Positions 26,664 to 37,399 of a stretch of DNA of 64,000 nucleotides are shown piece after piece. A model generated the notes under the pieces. It saw only the letters and a list, made by a program, of their open reading frames with translations, was not told where the DNA came from and ran no database searches. Positions within the stretch are counted from its first letter, which is position 1. Each line of letters starts with the position of its first letter. Made by a program: the position numbers and the translations under genes. Origin of the DNA: Lama guanicoe (taxonomy: Eukaryota); contig MU053551.1 in the NCBI GenBank assembly GCA_013239625.1, positions 12,874-76,873 of the forward strand, given 5' to 3'.

Positions 26664-27212
26664 TGCTACTGGGAGAAGGGGAAAAATGTCACCTCGGTTC
26701 TTCGTCCACTGAGGAAAATTAATTTTTAACGACAGAGATATAGCGTGATATAAACAGAAGATTTTATATAGCACACCTCTGAGAATTAGGGGGAGGCCAA
26801 CCCAAGAGAGGAAAACATGGCGCCACTGCTTTGTTTTTTCAGTTTTTTCATATCCTGGCTTAGGGGGCGTTTTTATGATTGATTGACATCTCAGCTTCCT
26901 TGTGCTCAGGCGCTCCCATCCCCTTTACACATGTTCTTACGCATGATGCACACAGAGAAACCTGCAAGAAGGGTCTTGCACTGCAATGTTAATTACATTA
27001 TAATAAGCATTAGATCAAGTTAAGCCGGGTCCTTCTCTCTGCTGCGCAGCTGCAGTGTGCGATTCTAGCCTGCTTCTTTACTGGCTTTCATTTAAAGAAA
27101 GCAAACATTTTTGGAGCCCCTAATCATGGGCACAGGCATACTGTTATTCTGGGTTGCCCCCTCCCTTTCCTCTCCCCTTGCCCAGTGCTCATTTCTATCT
27201 AACTGCCTAACA
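26664..27212 (-). mobile_element. Solo ERV1-type LTR (MER50/MER4-group-like start)
   Basis: The minus strand starts TGTTAGGCAGTTAGATAGAAATGAGC. TG...CA ends with a degenerate gaaa/aaaa TSD. Confidence 0.7.
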
Positions 27213-27256
27213 AAAACAGGACTGATTGTACATTGAATTTAGTAGAGGCAAAGAGT

Positions 27257-27370
27257 GGGGAGGGTATAGCTCAGTGGGAGGGTGCATGCCTAGCAAATGC
27301 AAGGTGCTGGGTTCAATCCCCAGTACCTCTATTAAATAAACAAAGAAACCTAATTACCCCCCCCCAAATA
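27257..27370 (+). mobile_element. tRNA-derived SINE, camelid Vic-1 type
   Basis: ggggagggtatagctcagtgg (A box), gggttcaatcccc (B box), then agtacctc, an A-rich tail and cctaattacccccc, as recalled for the camelid SINE. Confidence 0.85.
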
Positions 27371-27719
27371 ATACAGTGCTATATGCCAATCATATCTCAA
27401 TAAAACTAGAAGGATTTTTTTAAATAGAGGAAAAGAGACAGGAGGTTATTGAAATATATCACCATGGGATGATAAGCGCAATTAAGGATTAATGAAAACA
27501 ACATAGAAAATAAATATACAAGGAATATGAAACTATCATATTAGGCCATAAGGAGAAAAGAAAAACATGTGCAACTAAAAAATACATTGAGTGAATGAAT
27601 GGATGAGTGAATGAATAAACAGCTTCTCTTTAACAGATGCATTTGTTCCTTGGGAGTTTAACCTTAAATGACAAGGAGCTTCCGTCACAGGATCTGGGAA
27701 TCAGAAGGTCCACTAAGTT

Positions 27720-27860
27720 GAGCAGTTACTCCCCATTGCCTCCTTCCCCCGCCCCCAGGCAACCACTAATCTGCCTTCTGTCACTATGGTTTTGCCTCTT
27801 CTGTTTATTTCATATAAATGGGATCATACAATATGTGGACTTCTGTGTCTGGCTTTCTCC
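27720..27860 (-). mobile_element. Short ancient L1 3' fragment
   Basis: ccccaggcaaccactaatctg...catataaatgggatcatacaatatgtgg...tgtgtctggctttct. Confidence 0.75.
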
Positions 27861-28692
27861 CCAGCTTTTTGAACAAGAGGCCTCACATGTTTATTTTGCA
27901 CTCGTCCCCACAAATTCTATGGCCATATTCGCCTTGGAGATAAGAAAGATCAAAACTGACTCACAGTGGACATGCCTTCAATAGGCATATTATTATTTAT
28001 ATCAAGGAGGAATTAGGTCACTGGATGGCACCCCTTCAATAGAAGAGAAAAAGAAAATCTCTGACATCACCAACGTTAGGAAGCTGTATGGGGCACTGAA
28101 GAGGGATCCACAGAAGTTGCCCTTTGTAGACCAAAGTAGATCTTCAGCTGGAGAGGGGTAAGTAAGTAAACGTATGTGCATAAAGATGGGGGAAAATGTA
28201 AGGCAAGATGAGCTGAGTTTGGATGGACTCAGAGGAACAATAATAGGGCAGGAGATTAGAACTCTGGGAAAATCTCAGCCTATTGATTGGGCTAACAGGC
28301 TTCGGAAGACAAGAGTGTCTAATATTCAGTTTTATTTTATATTGACTTAGTGCCAATTATTTCCATTATTTCCAATCTTGCTTCACCTGGCTGCACATAC
28401 TAATATTTTGAGAGAATAAAAGAAAAAGTCTGCTCGTCACATAGAAGCTGAGATAAGAGTAGGATCAAGTTTTCAGAGAAAGCAGTGAGTCACAACAAGA
28501 AATAAACAAATACCCCACCAGAAATTTAAAGAAATCTTGACAGAAGTGTTGTTCTTTCATTAGGAAGTATTCATATTTTAAATATCAGGGGACAATGTAG
28601 GTTTATATAGACTTCTCTTCAGACTCTATTTTTAACTCTACTCAATTTTTTTTTCACATGAATGGTATTTGTGATGAGGGTAGACTCTTGCT

Positions 28693-29172
28693 TGTTTCAT
28701 AGGGAAGAAAAACTTTGACCGTCTCTTCTAAATTTTTTGGCGAACTTAATAGATAAATTAATGGATTAATGGAAGACAGATTAACGGGAGAAAACAAATT
28801 TAATTATGTGTGTACAGGATCCCCAAAGACATGAGAGGCCCCCTGAGAGGCAGGCAACTGGGGTTTATATGCTGACCTGAGCTAAGGGGCCGGGGGTAAG
28901 TATCTGGGGCTTAAAAGGGGAGGGAGACAGTTCCCAGGAGGATACTGCCTGATGGACACGTGTCTTCAGTGCCACGTGGAGAAGTCCTATGCTAGAAAAA
29001 TTATAGTTGATTATAGCCCTCTTCCTCCTGTAGGCTTCCTATCTAAACTATTTTAGACAGTTAAGGGGGAGGAAAAAGACTCTTGTGTCTGTTGGACCTT
29101 AATTATCTTCAGCTTAAAGTAATCTGCATGTCAGAGTGACGTATTTTGGGCAAACTGCCCTGAACTCCATTA
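28693..29172 (-). mobile_element. ERV1 LTR, MER34-like
   Basis: The right end (cttcagcttaaagtaatc...agtgacgtattttggg...ctgaactcc) is the antisense of the MER34-type 5' terminus. acagattaacgggagaaaa lies near the left end. Confidence 0.7.
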
Positions 29173-29443
29173 GATTTTATGCTTATTTAAATGTAAACCA
29201 GAGTAGGATACAGTATATCCTAATTTATGTCCTTTTCTTGTAGGCTACTAGTTATCATATTAATAACATTATTATTTTTATTAGCTTATTATTGTATTTC
29301 TTTATAGTGGCATTTAGGTGTAAATGTTATAGGTTGGTAATATTAACAAGAATGAATATTAATTGGAGATTATTCTATGGCTGGCTCTGTAAATTCTTTC
29401 CATGAATCCTTTCAGCAAATCCTCAGAGAATATGGAATACTGA

Positions 29444-29650
29444 GAGTAATGGTTAAAGTGTGGAATTTGGAGTTAGACTATCTGAGTTTGAATCCCGGCT
29501 CTGACATTTCCCCGCTGTGGAACCTGGACCAAATTACTTAATGTGTCTTTGTCTTAGCTCATTCATTTGTAAAATGAGAAATTTTAGAATTGTTGTCTTA
29601 CAGTAAGTTAATCCTTTTCAGCTGAGGACAGTGCAAGGCACATGGTAAAA
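29444..29650 (+). mobile_element. MIR SINE
   Basis: ggagttagactatctgagtttgaatcccggctctgac...aattacttaa...catttgtaaaatgagaa. Confidence 0.8.
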
Positions 29651-32087
29651 TTTGTATAATTAGATCTTCATATTAGCCTCATTCAGCAATGAAAGCAGGC
29701 AAGCCTAGAGAAGCTAATTACACAAGTGATACCTTCTCGTTACATGCTCTTCTGGCTTTAAATTTATAAGTTACTTGCTCTATTGAATTAGTGATTCAGT
29801 AGAATTTGTTCTGATGGCTGGGCAAAAGAAAAAAGGTTTCAGATTAGTGAGTCAGATTTCTTTTTCTTTTTTCTTCATGTCACCTGTACTCATTTAGTGA
29901 ATACTAACTTGAAGCTTGAAAACAGCTTTGAATTAAATGAGCTACAAAGGAATTATCTTTTCAAACATTCACAGCATTGAAATCTCACTATAGTAATGAT
30001 GCTTTATCAGTTACATTCAGGAATCTAGCGGGCTTGTAGAAGATATATTCCTTTTACTGTATGAATCTTAAGTGTTCAGGAAAACTGATGTCATGTAATA
30101 AAGAATTCTGAATTTAAAAGTTTTGGATTAGAACTCTGCCCCAATAACTGAAAGGTTGTGGATCTTAAGCAGTTAAACCAGTTTGTCAGATTCAGTGTAT
30201 TTTCACTACTGAAATGAATGTTTTAATTTATCTACTGAAAATTTGTATAAGAGTAATAAGGAACTGATGAGAAAATGGTTTGTACACCACAAAGGATGAA
30301 ATTAAATTTGCTTTAGAATTACTAATCATTGTAGACTGACAGACCCTGGAATCATTTTAGCAAAATCCTGCCAATTTACCTGTCAGAGTAAATGAGGATT
30401 AGTGTTTAGTAGGTAACTGGCCAAATATTTGCAATTAACTGATAGTCAATATAATGTTCTCTTCATGGACACTTTACTGAAGTTTAATATATTTTATATA
30501 TTACTGTAGTTTTATGTTTTGTTTTATTCATTTCAAGGATACTTATCCTTGAAGTAACTCAGCACTGTGCTTTCATAGTATTTTCTAACAATAAAAAAAT
30601 CATATCACTTATTAATGCAATTAACATGTCAGACAACATTCAAATGATTTTGTCAGTTTTGATCATACAATATTTTGTTACTTTACCATTGCTACATGTA
30701 ACTTTCCTGTCAATCCTTTATTTCTCCATCTAGAAATTTGAGATTTTTAAAAATTTACTATTAATTCATCCAAATGGTTCTCCAAATTATAGAGAGTTAT
30801 ATTATTCTGTTGTGATAAGAGAGAAAGTTCTGAAATCAGTAGTATCTGGTGACAATCAAATTCTTAATTTATTAAGTCCTTACTATCTGTGAAGCGCTGT
30901 GCTAAGCATGAACTATGGAGAAATTACAGAGTAAAGGAAATTGCTCTTTGGTTGTGCTTCTTCCCCGTTTTTGAAGTGTAACTGGTGTGCAGTGCTAAAT
31001 ACCCTCACCGGTACCCTGGCTCTGATCAGAAATGTGTTTGCGTTTATTGTAGTAGTGATTAGTTTTTGGCAAAGAAAACTCAACTTTATGACAAAACTTT
31101 TAAAGAGCTGCCTCCATGAGTGTCCCATCAGTTACAAGGAGCTGTCAGCTGTTCCACATGCTTAAGACAAAAGACTCAAGTCGCATACTAAGGGACAAAT
31201 CACACAGGGAGCCAGAACTTGGGAAGCCATCAGTAACCAGTGTTGTTTCTTAAAATGTACCTGCTCCACTGCCTCCTTTCTTCAGACCCACATTTTGTGC
31301 TTCTTTGGGAACAGGGTGGAAGGGGGGACATGGTAGCCTTATACGGCCAAAAGTTTAAATGCCTATAGACTTAAGACCAACTAATAGAGAAGATTTTTTT
31401 GCTTAGTGTTCATTTTGGTCCAATCAGATGTAACACCGGAAGAAGGTTAATAAAAAAAACAAGAACAAAAACAAAAATTAAAAAAAAACATGGCTTCATG
31501 GCCTTTTCCTGGATGGGATATAATTCTCAGAGACATCCTTGGCATGAGCAAAAGACTCATTTTCTAACACAAGTTTGACTACTGCAAACTCCAAAAAAGG
31601 CCACCAGGAAAAAAAAAATCTAGATTTTTAATTTCCAAAAGAAAACCACTTCACATTGCTGTACTAGTGTCTCAAAACTGGAAATTAAGTGTAGGATATT
31701 CATGAGATTTTAAGAACTGGCTTAGATAATTTTAAAGGGGGTTCTACGCAACAGAAAACTAGCTCTGTCTGGACAGACTTTATGATATAATAACTTTGGT
31801 TTTGCAAAGGAAGATAAGCATTCTGAAATGACTCTTGAGAAGAAAGCTTCTCAGGCATAGAGCAGCTCTTAGCTGACTCTCGCAGTCTTACCTTCTGGGA
31901 GCAGGTACTTCTCAGAGAAAGCAGCTGGGGCATTTGGGCTTGTCCCACTATTTCATGTAGGGAGAGGAATATATATCTGGATCCTGTGTTGTTTAAGGCA
32001 GGCTCAGGGAAGTGCTTATGGTCCCAGTATTGTTGAACGCAAGAACAAAGAACTACGTGTGCTTAATTTAAGAGGAATATTGTAGTT

Positions 32088-32606
32088 CTGTTGGTCCTCC
32101 ATATCCACGGGTTCTTCATCCACAGATTCAACCAACCAGTAATTGAAAATGTTTTTAAAAATTCCAGAGAGTTCCAAAAAGTAAAACCTGAATTTGCCAC
32201 ATGCCGGCAACTATTTACATCGCACTTACTTTGTACTTTTGACCCTTGAACTAAAAGGGAGTCAGGGGCACTGACCCCATGACATTGAAAAGCCAAGTAA
32301 AACTTTGTAGTCGGCCCTCCGTATCCATAGTTCCACATCTGGATATTCAACCAACTGCCAGTCATGTTGTACCATAGTGTATGTTTAGGGACAACATGCC
32401 TCCTGTAAGTGCACCCACACACTTCAAAACTGTGTTGTTCGAGGGTCACCTCGATCAGGTATTACTGGGAATATGGTGGCGATTTAAAGTATATGGGAGA
32501 ATGTGTGTAGGTTGTGTGAAAATACTGCATCATTTCATATAAGGGACTTGAGCATCCTCAGATTTCAAGAGAGAACCAATCTCTCTTGAAGGCAGAAGGA
32601 TGACTG
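32088..32606 (+). mobile_element. MER2-family (Tigger-type) non-autonomous DNA transposon, interrupted by MER8
   Basis: 5' end ggtcctccatatccacgggttc...gattcaaccaacc. The element resumes at 32453 with ggtatt...gatttaaagtatatgggag...aagggacttgagcatcc...gatgactg. Confidence 0.85.
32236..32452 (+). mobile_element. MER8-like (Tigger2-derived) element nested in MER2
   Basis: Terminal inverted repeats ttgacccttgaac ... gttcgagggtca, inserted just after a TA. Confidence 0.8.
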
Positions 32607-33506
32607 TCCTCCAAGGCATTGGAAATAGAGAGGAATATATTGAGATACGATTGCTGGTGGACTTCTTTTGTCATCATTCAAATCATAGTATTTGGAAAAA
32701 TACTCCCCTGCCTAGTCCATGGCTGCCTCTATAAGCAATGTTTTTATCTAAAAAAATGACCCCCAAGTGGTGCTTTAATTTCGTACTTAGTTGTGGGACT
32801 TACTACGTGTTTCTCTGTTTAGGATTCCCTAAGTAAAATTAATAAATCACATGGTGTTTGAACAAGTACTTTTAAATGACTCCCTAAATTTTACAGCAAG
32901 ATTAGAAAAATGTACATGCTAACACCTACAATGTATGGTGTCACATTGTATGAATGCCCTTATGTCTAAGAGGTTTTTAAAATCTAGAAATGAAAGTATT
33001 GCTTTTATGTGAAAATGCAGAACAATTAGTAGAGGAGAGGAGTATGTTCCTCTCCTACTTCCTTTTTCTCGCAAAGAATCTGCATCTGAAACAGGGGAAC
33101 TGTTCTGATGTTCACAGAATGACCTTCTTGAGCCTATGTCCTGCCCTTGCCTTTCTGCTTTGAAAACGTCTCTGCATCTGTTAGACTAAGTTGACCAATA
33201 TTCTCTTATTTTCTTCATCTTTAACCCCCAAAACTGAATTTTCTTCACTTCAACATGAAGGTCTAAGATGAAATCATCAATAGAGAATTCCTTGGTAAAA
33301 ATAGAAATAGAATATATATGTACATATATTTAATATAATGGTTACATACATACATATCATATCTTTCTACACACGTGCATTTCTAATAATGTTGGTAAAT
33401 GTGTTAATCCTTGTAAAAAATCTACCACCTCTGTATTTTAACATTTTAAAAAGGACACTGTGTACCATTCTTTCCAGTTGATCAAGATTAATATGCACAA
33501 AAGAAA

Positions 33507-33725
33507 TGACGTCACAGAGCAAAGAGATTTTTTAAAAGCAAATTTAATTGTATCAATTTCTATTTCTGGAGCATTTTCTTCATTTAATTTGCTTTTCAAA
33601 GTCAGTAAGAAAAATTTCCCAGCACCTACCGGTAACAGTGCGGTTGCTAGCTAGAGTAGGTTTCACCTCAGCGGTTTCTTCACTGTATTCCAGTAGTTTG
33701 GCTCCGTGACAACCAGAAGGGGGCA
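33507..33725. promoter_or_regulatory. Candidate cis-regulatory element (CRE + CTCF-like motif)
   Basis: Perfect TGACGTCA at 33507-33514 and CCAGAAGGGGGCA at 33713-33725. Several retained CpGs in non-repeat sequence. Motif evidence only. Confidence 0.35.
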
Positions 33726-33859
33726 AAATCACATACAGAGTCTATGAAAGCTTCCATCTTCTCAGCAACAGGACCTCTTTTGCTGCTGAACACAGTACCA
33801 CCGCTGTGGTGTCCAAATATCCCCAAACTATTGATGATTCTCAATTTCTAAAGGATTAG

Positions 33860-34325
33860 TTACAGGGATTCAGTGTAAGCTGAGTGTATTGATCAAGGTA
33901 ACTAATTTGTTTAATACCTGAATCTCTAAATTTCAGGGGTCTAATAGAGTAGATGTTCACTTTCTGTTTATATGAAGTTGAATACTGGTGATCCTTATCT
34001 GTAAGTGGCTTTCTACAGGGACATTCAGGGATCTGGACTTTCTCCCGTTAACACGGAATGCCTGTTTCTAGGGCATCAGATTTCTCTGCGTGTACCAAGT
34101 ACATGGGAAATGGGAAACCACGGTGAACGTATCTCCTCTCCTTAATCACTCTGGTCTGGAACTGATACACATCTCCTCTGTTCAAAATGCACTAGTAAGG
34201 GTTATTTGTGTGATATTACCTGGATGCAGAAAGAGGTGCAACAGAGGCCAGAATGTCACTGCGAAGGATATCTCTCCTCTGTGGTAGGAACTCACAAAAT
34301 TCTGATGGGCATCTGGTCATCTCAT
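33860..34325 (-). mobile_element. MLT1 LTR relic
   Basis: cattcagggatctggact...ctggtctggaactgatacacatctcctctgttca..., the typical MaLR antisense pattern. Confidence 0.5.
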
Positions 34326-34525
34326 ATGAATAGCCGTATAAATGCTCTCAGTCATCTCAACTTGGCACACACCTAAGTGTGCTTGTACTAAGCAGTTATG
34401 CTTTAGTCCTCCATTGTCAGGTGAAGAAAACAGACATTCAAAGGCTGTTCAAGTCTTTTATCTTGTGAGGAGCACGCACACAGTACAGAATTTGGGCTCT
34501 CAAAATTCATAGAACAAAAGCACCT

Positions 34526-34927
34526 TTTTAATTGAAGTATAGTTGATTTATAGTTTCAGGTGTACAGCAAAGTGATCAGGTTACTTTATTTTTCAGATTC
34601 GTTTCCATTATAGGTTATTACAAGATAGCAAATATATTTCCCTGTGCTATACAGTAAATCTTCGTTATCTATTTTATATGTAGTAATGTGTATCTGTTAA
34701 TCCCATACTCCTAATTTATCCCCTCTTTTCCCCTTTGGTAACCTTTATTTTCTATGTGAGTCTATTTCTGTTTTATAAATAAATTCATTCCTATTATCCT
34801 TTAGATGCCACATGTAAGTGATATCATAAAATACCTGTTTTTCTCTGTCAGACTTACTTCACTAAGTATGATAATCTCTAGGTCCATCCATGTATTTCAC
34901 TCTTTTTATGGCTAAGTAACATTCTAC

Positions 34928-34960
<33 letters not shown>

Positions 34961-35005
34961 AAATATCTTCTTTGTCAATTCACATGGTGATGGACACTTA
35001 GGTTG
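34526..35005 (-). mobile_element. 5'-truncated L1 with a perfect 12-bp TSD
   Basis: ACAAAAGCACCT at 34514-34525 and 35006-35017, with L1 3'UTR motifs between them. Confidence 0.95.
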
Positions 35006-35044
35006 ACAAAAGCACCTCCTAAAAATTTATTTTGCCAGCTTGAT

Positions 35045-35630
35045 TTCCTTAGGTTATACGTCAAAAATAGTGACTTTTGGAGAAATGATACTTGGAATTC
35101 ATGTTTCAGAAGTAGAGTCCCTCTAACAGTTAGTAGGGCTTCAGCAAAGTCGCTGAGCCAGCTTCTTCATTTACAAACTGTNNNNNNNNNNNNNNNNNNN
35201 NNNNNNNNNNNNNNNNNNNNNNNNNNNNNNNNNNNNNNNNNNNNNNNNNNNNNNNNNNNNNNNNNNNNNNNNNNNNNNNNNNNNNNNNNNNNNNNNNNNN
35301 NNNNNNNNNNNNNNNNNNNNNNNNNNNNNNNNNNNNNNNNNNNNNNNNNNNNNNNNNNNNNNNNNNNNNNNNNNNNNNNNNNNNNNNNNNNNNNNNNNNN
35401 NNNNNNNNNNNNNNNNNNNNNNNNNNNNNNNNNNNNNNNNNNNNNNNNNNNNNNNNNNNNNNNNNNNNNNNNNNNNNNNNNNNNNNNNNNNNNTTCCTTA
35501 GGTTATACGTCAAAAATAGTGACTTTTGGAGAAATGATACTTGGAATTCATGTTTCAGAAGTAGAGTCCCTCTAACAGTTAGTAGGGCTTCAGCAAAGTC
35601 GCTGAGCCAGCTTCTTCATTTACAAACTGT
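35045..35630. other. Assembly gap (N 35182-35493) flanked by an identical 137-bp sequence on both sides
   Basis: 35045-35181 is identical to 35494-35630, with 312 Ns between them. Confidence 0.98.
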
Positions 35631-35809
35631 GCAAAAAAAAAAAAGTATACTTTGCAGAATTTTTTGAGGAACCGTCTATGCCAATAAATTGAATGCCTTC
35701 ATATGCCTTTGCTCATTTATTTCTTACTCCAGCAAGTACTCCATTTTCCTGTCCCATGCACAACCAAACATTTCAAAAAAAATTCTATTTCCTCATTTGA
35801 TCCACTTAC

Positions 35810-36610
35810 TTCATTTGTCACATTTGGGCTTTTAATCCAGCCACCCGACTCTTAGCGCCCTTATAATCCACTTCTTGGCAAACCCAGTGGTCCATTCTCC
35901 GTCTTCATCCTCTGTGACTTCTGTGCAGTCCTTGACACAGTTTCCTGCTCCCTTCTTGACTGAAGCCTTTCTCAGAGATCTCTGAAAGTGTCTCTGAAGG
36001 AGGTTTTCACTGTCCTAATGGGAATTCTTTTCCAGTTTCCTTTCCTGGGTTCTGTTTTTTTGCATACTTCTAAATGTTGGAATATCCTAGAGAGCAGTCC
36101 CTGGTGATCGTGTCTATTCGCCTTTTCCCCGAAGTGATCTAACTTAATTGCAAGGTTTACAGAAACCAGTTTATAGCATCCAAATGTATGCCTCCTCTCA
36201 GTCGCCACTCCTGAGTGTAAGGATTATGTGTCTAGTTGATTACTCCATATCTCCCTGAGACTCATGATTGATAGCTTCAATTTCACATGGCCAAAACATA
36301 GGAATTGATTTCCCTTTCCAAATCTGTGTCAGCAATACCCCGTAGAGTTTTAGTCTACAAATCAAAGACTCATCATTTACTCATCTCTTTCAAAATCTAT
36401 ATCCAATCTTTCAACAAGGTCTTCTCTGTGCTAGCTCCAAAATGTACCCAGAATTGGATCATTTTCCCCCATGTACCTCCACTGCTATAATCCTGTTCAA
36501 AGGTGCTCTGTATTCAATAAAACAGCCATCTATGTATTAATCTTTTAAAATTTTAATCAGATATGATGTCCTTTCTTAAAATCTCCCGTGTCATTTTATT
36601 GCACTTAAAA
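35810..36610 (+). mobile_element. L2 relic
   Basis: gcaaacccagtggtccattctccgtcttcatcctctgtgacttctgtgcagtccttgacacagtt (L2 RT-like) and later ctccaaaatgtacccagaatt. Confidence 0.65.
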
Positions 36611-37399
36611 GTGCAGAGAATAAAACAAAAGTGCCTTAAAAAGTGCAAAAAATTAAAAAAAAAACTTAAAATCTCTGGGAGTCAGATTTCTAAAATGATT
36701 AGTAAGCTCAGTGAATCACTATGGATTTTTCTAGTCCAAATGTTCTGTCCCTTTTTATATTTTACTTTTCTAGAAAGTCTGGAAGATAATGTATAAACTT
36801 TAAAGACTTAAACTAAGATAAACACATTTTTGACCTTAGGAGCCCAGTTTATAATGAGGCAGCATACGCTTAGGGGCACTGCACCAAGGAGCAGGTGCTC
36901 GGTGATACTGGGACTCAAAGAATGCAATTTTTGTTGTACTAATTTCAGAATCTTTCCCAAGGGTATCAACTATGGATATTCTCAACGTTTTAGAAAATAC
37001 AAATATTTTTTACTGAACTGAGATTATAAGACCATAAATCCTGACTAAATTATCTTTTTTGTTTCATAAATCACAGATGTTACTTTATTTACTAAAAATA
37101 TACTTTTTTTTACAAGTGGTTTTGGAAAAAAAATAAGTCAGTATTCACTCCCTCTCTCTTAGGAGTGCTATGCAGCTACACTGGACATCATTTGAAAAAT
37201 TCTGAGTCACCATTCAAATTTGTCCCATTCTCCAATAGTTCCTGAAAAAGATCACAGTTTGAGTCTCAGAAATTGTTTGTTTTGCTTTTAGGTAGAGATT
37301 ATTTTTTAGTTTTAAGTTAATGGCAGAGATTAATTAAAAGAGTCTTTCTTATTTAGTTTTTAGATACAAGTGAGAAAAATGGGTTTTTATTTTATTTTT

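Noticed and set aside
27257..27330. tRNA gene
   Set aside because: A and B boxes are present, but the cloverleaf is degenerate and a SINE tail and TSD follow.
32063..32449. 128-aa ORF as a transposase
   Set aside because: It spans non-autonomous MER8/MER2 sequence and has no DDE or HTH features.
35003..35575. 190-aa and 127-aa ORFs
   Set aside because: They read through the N gap and the duplicated flank, so they are artefacts.
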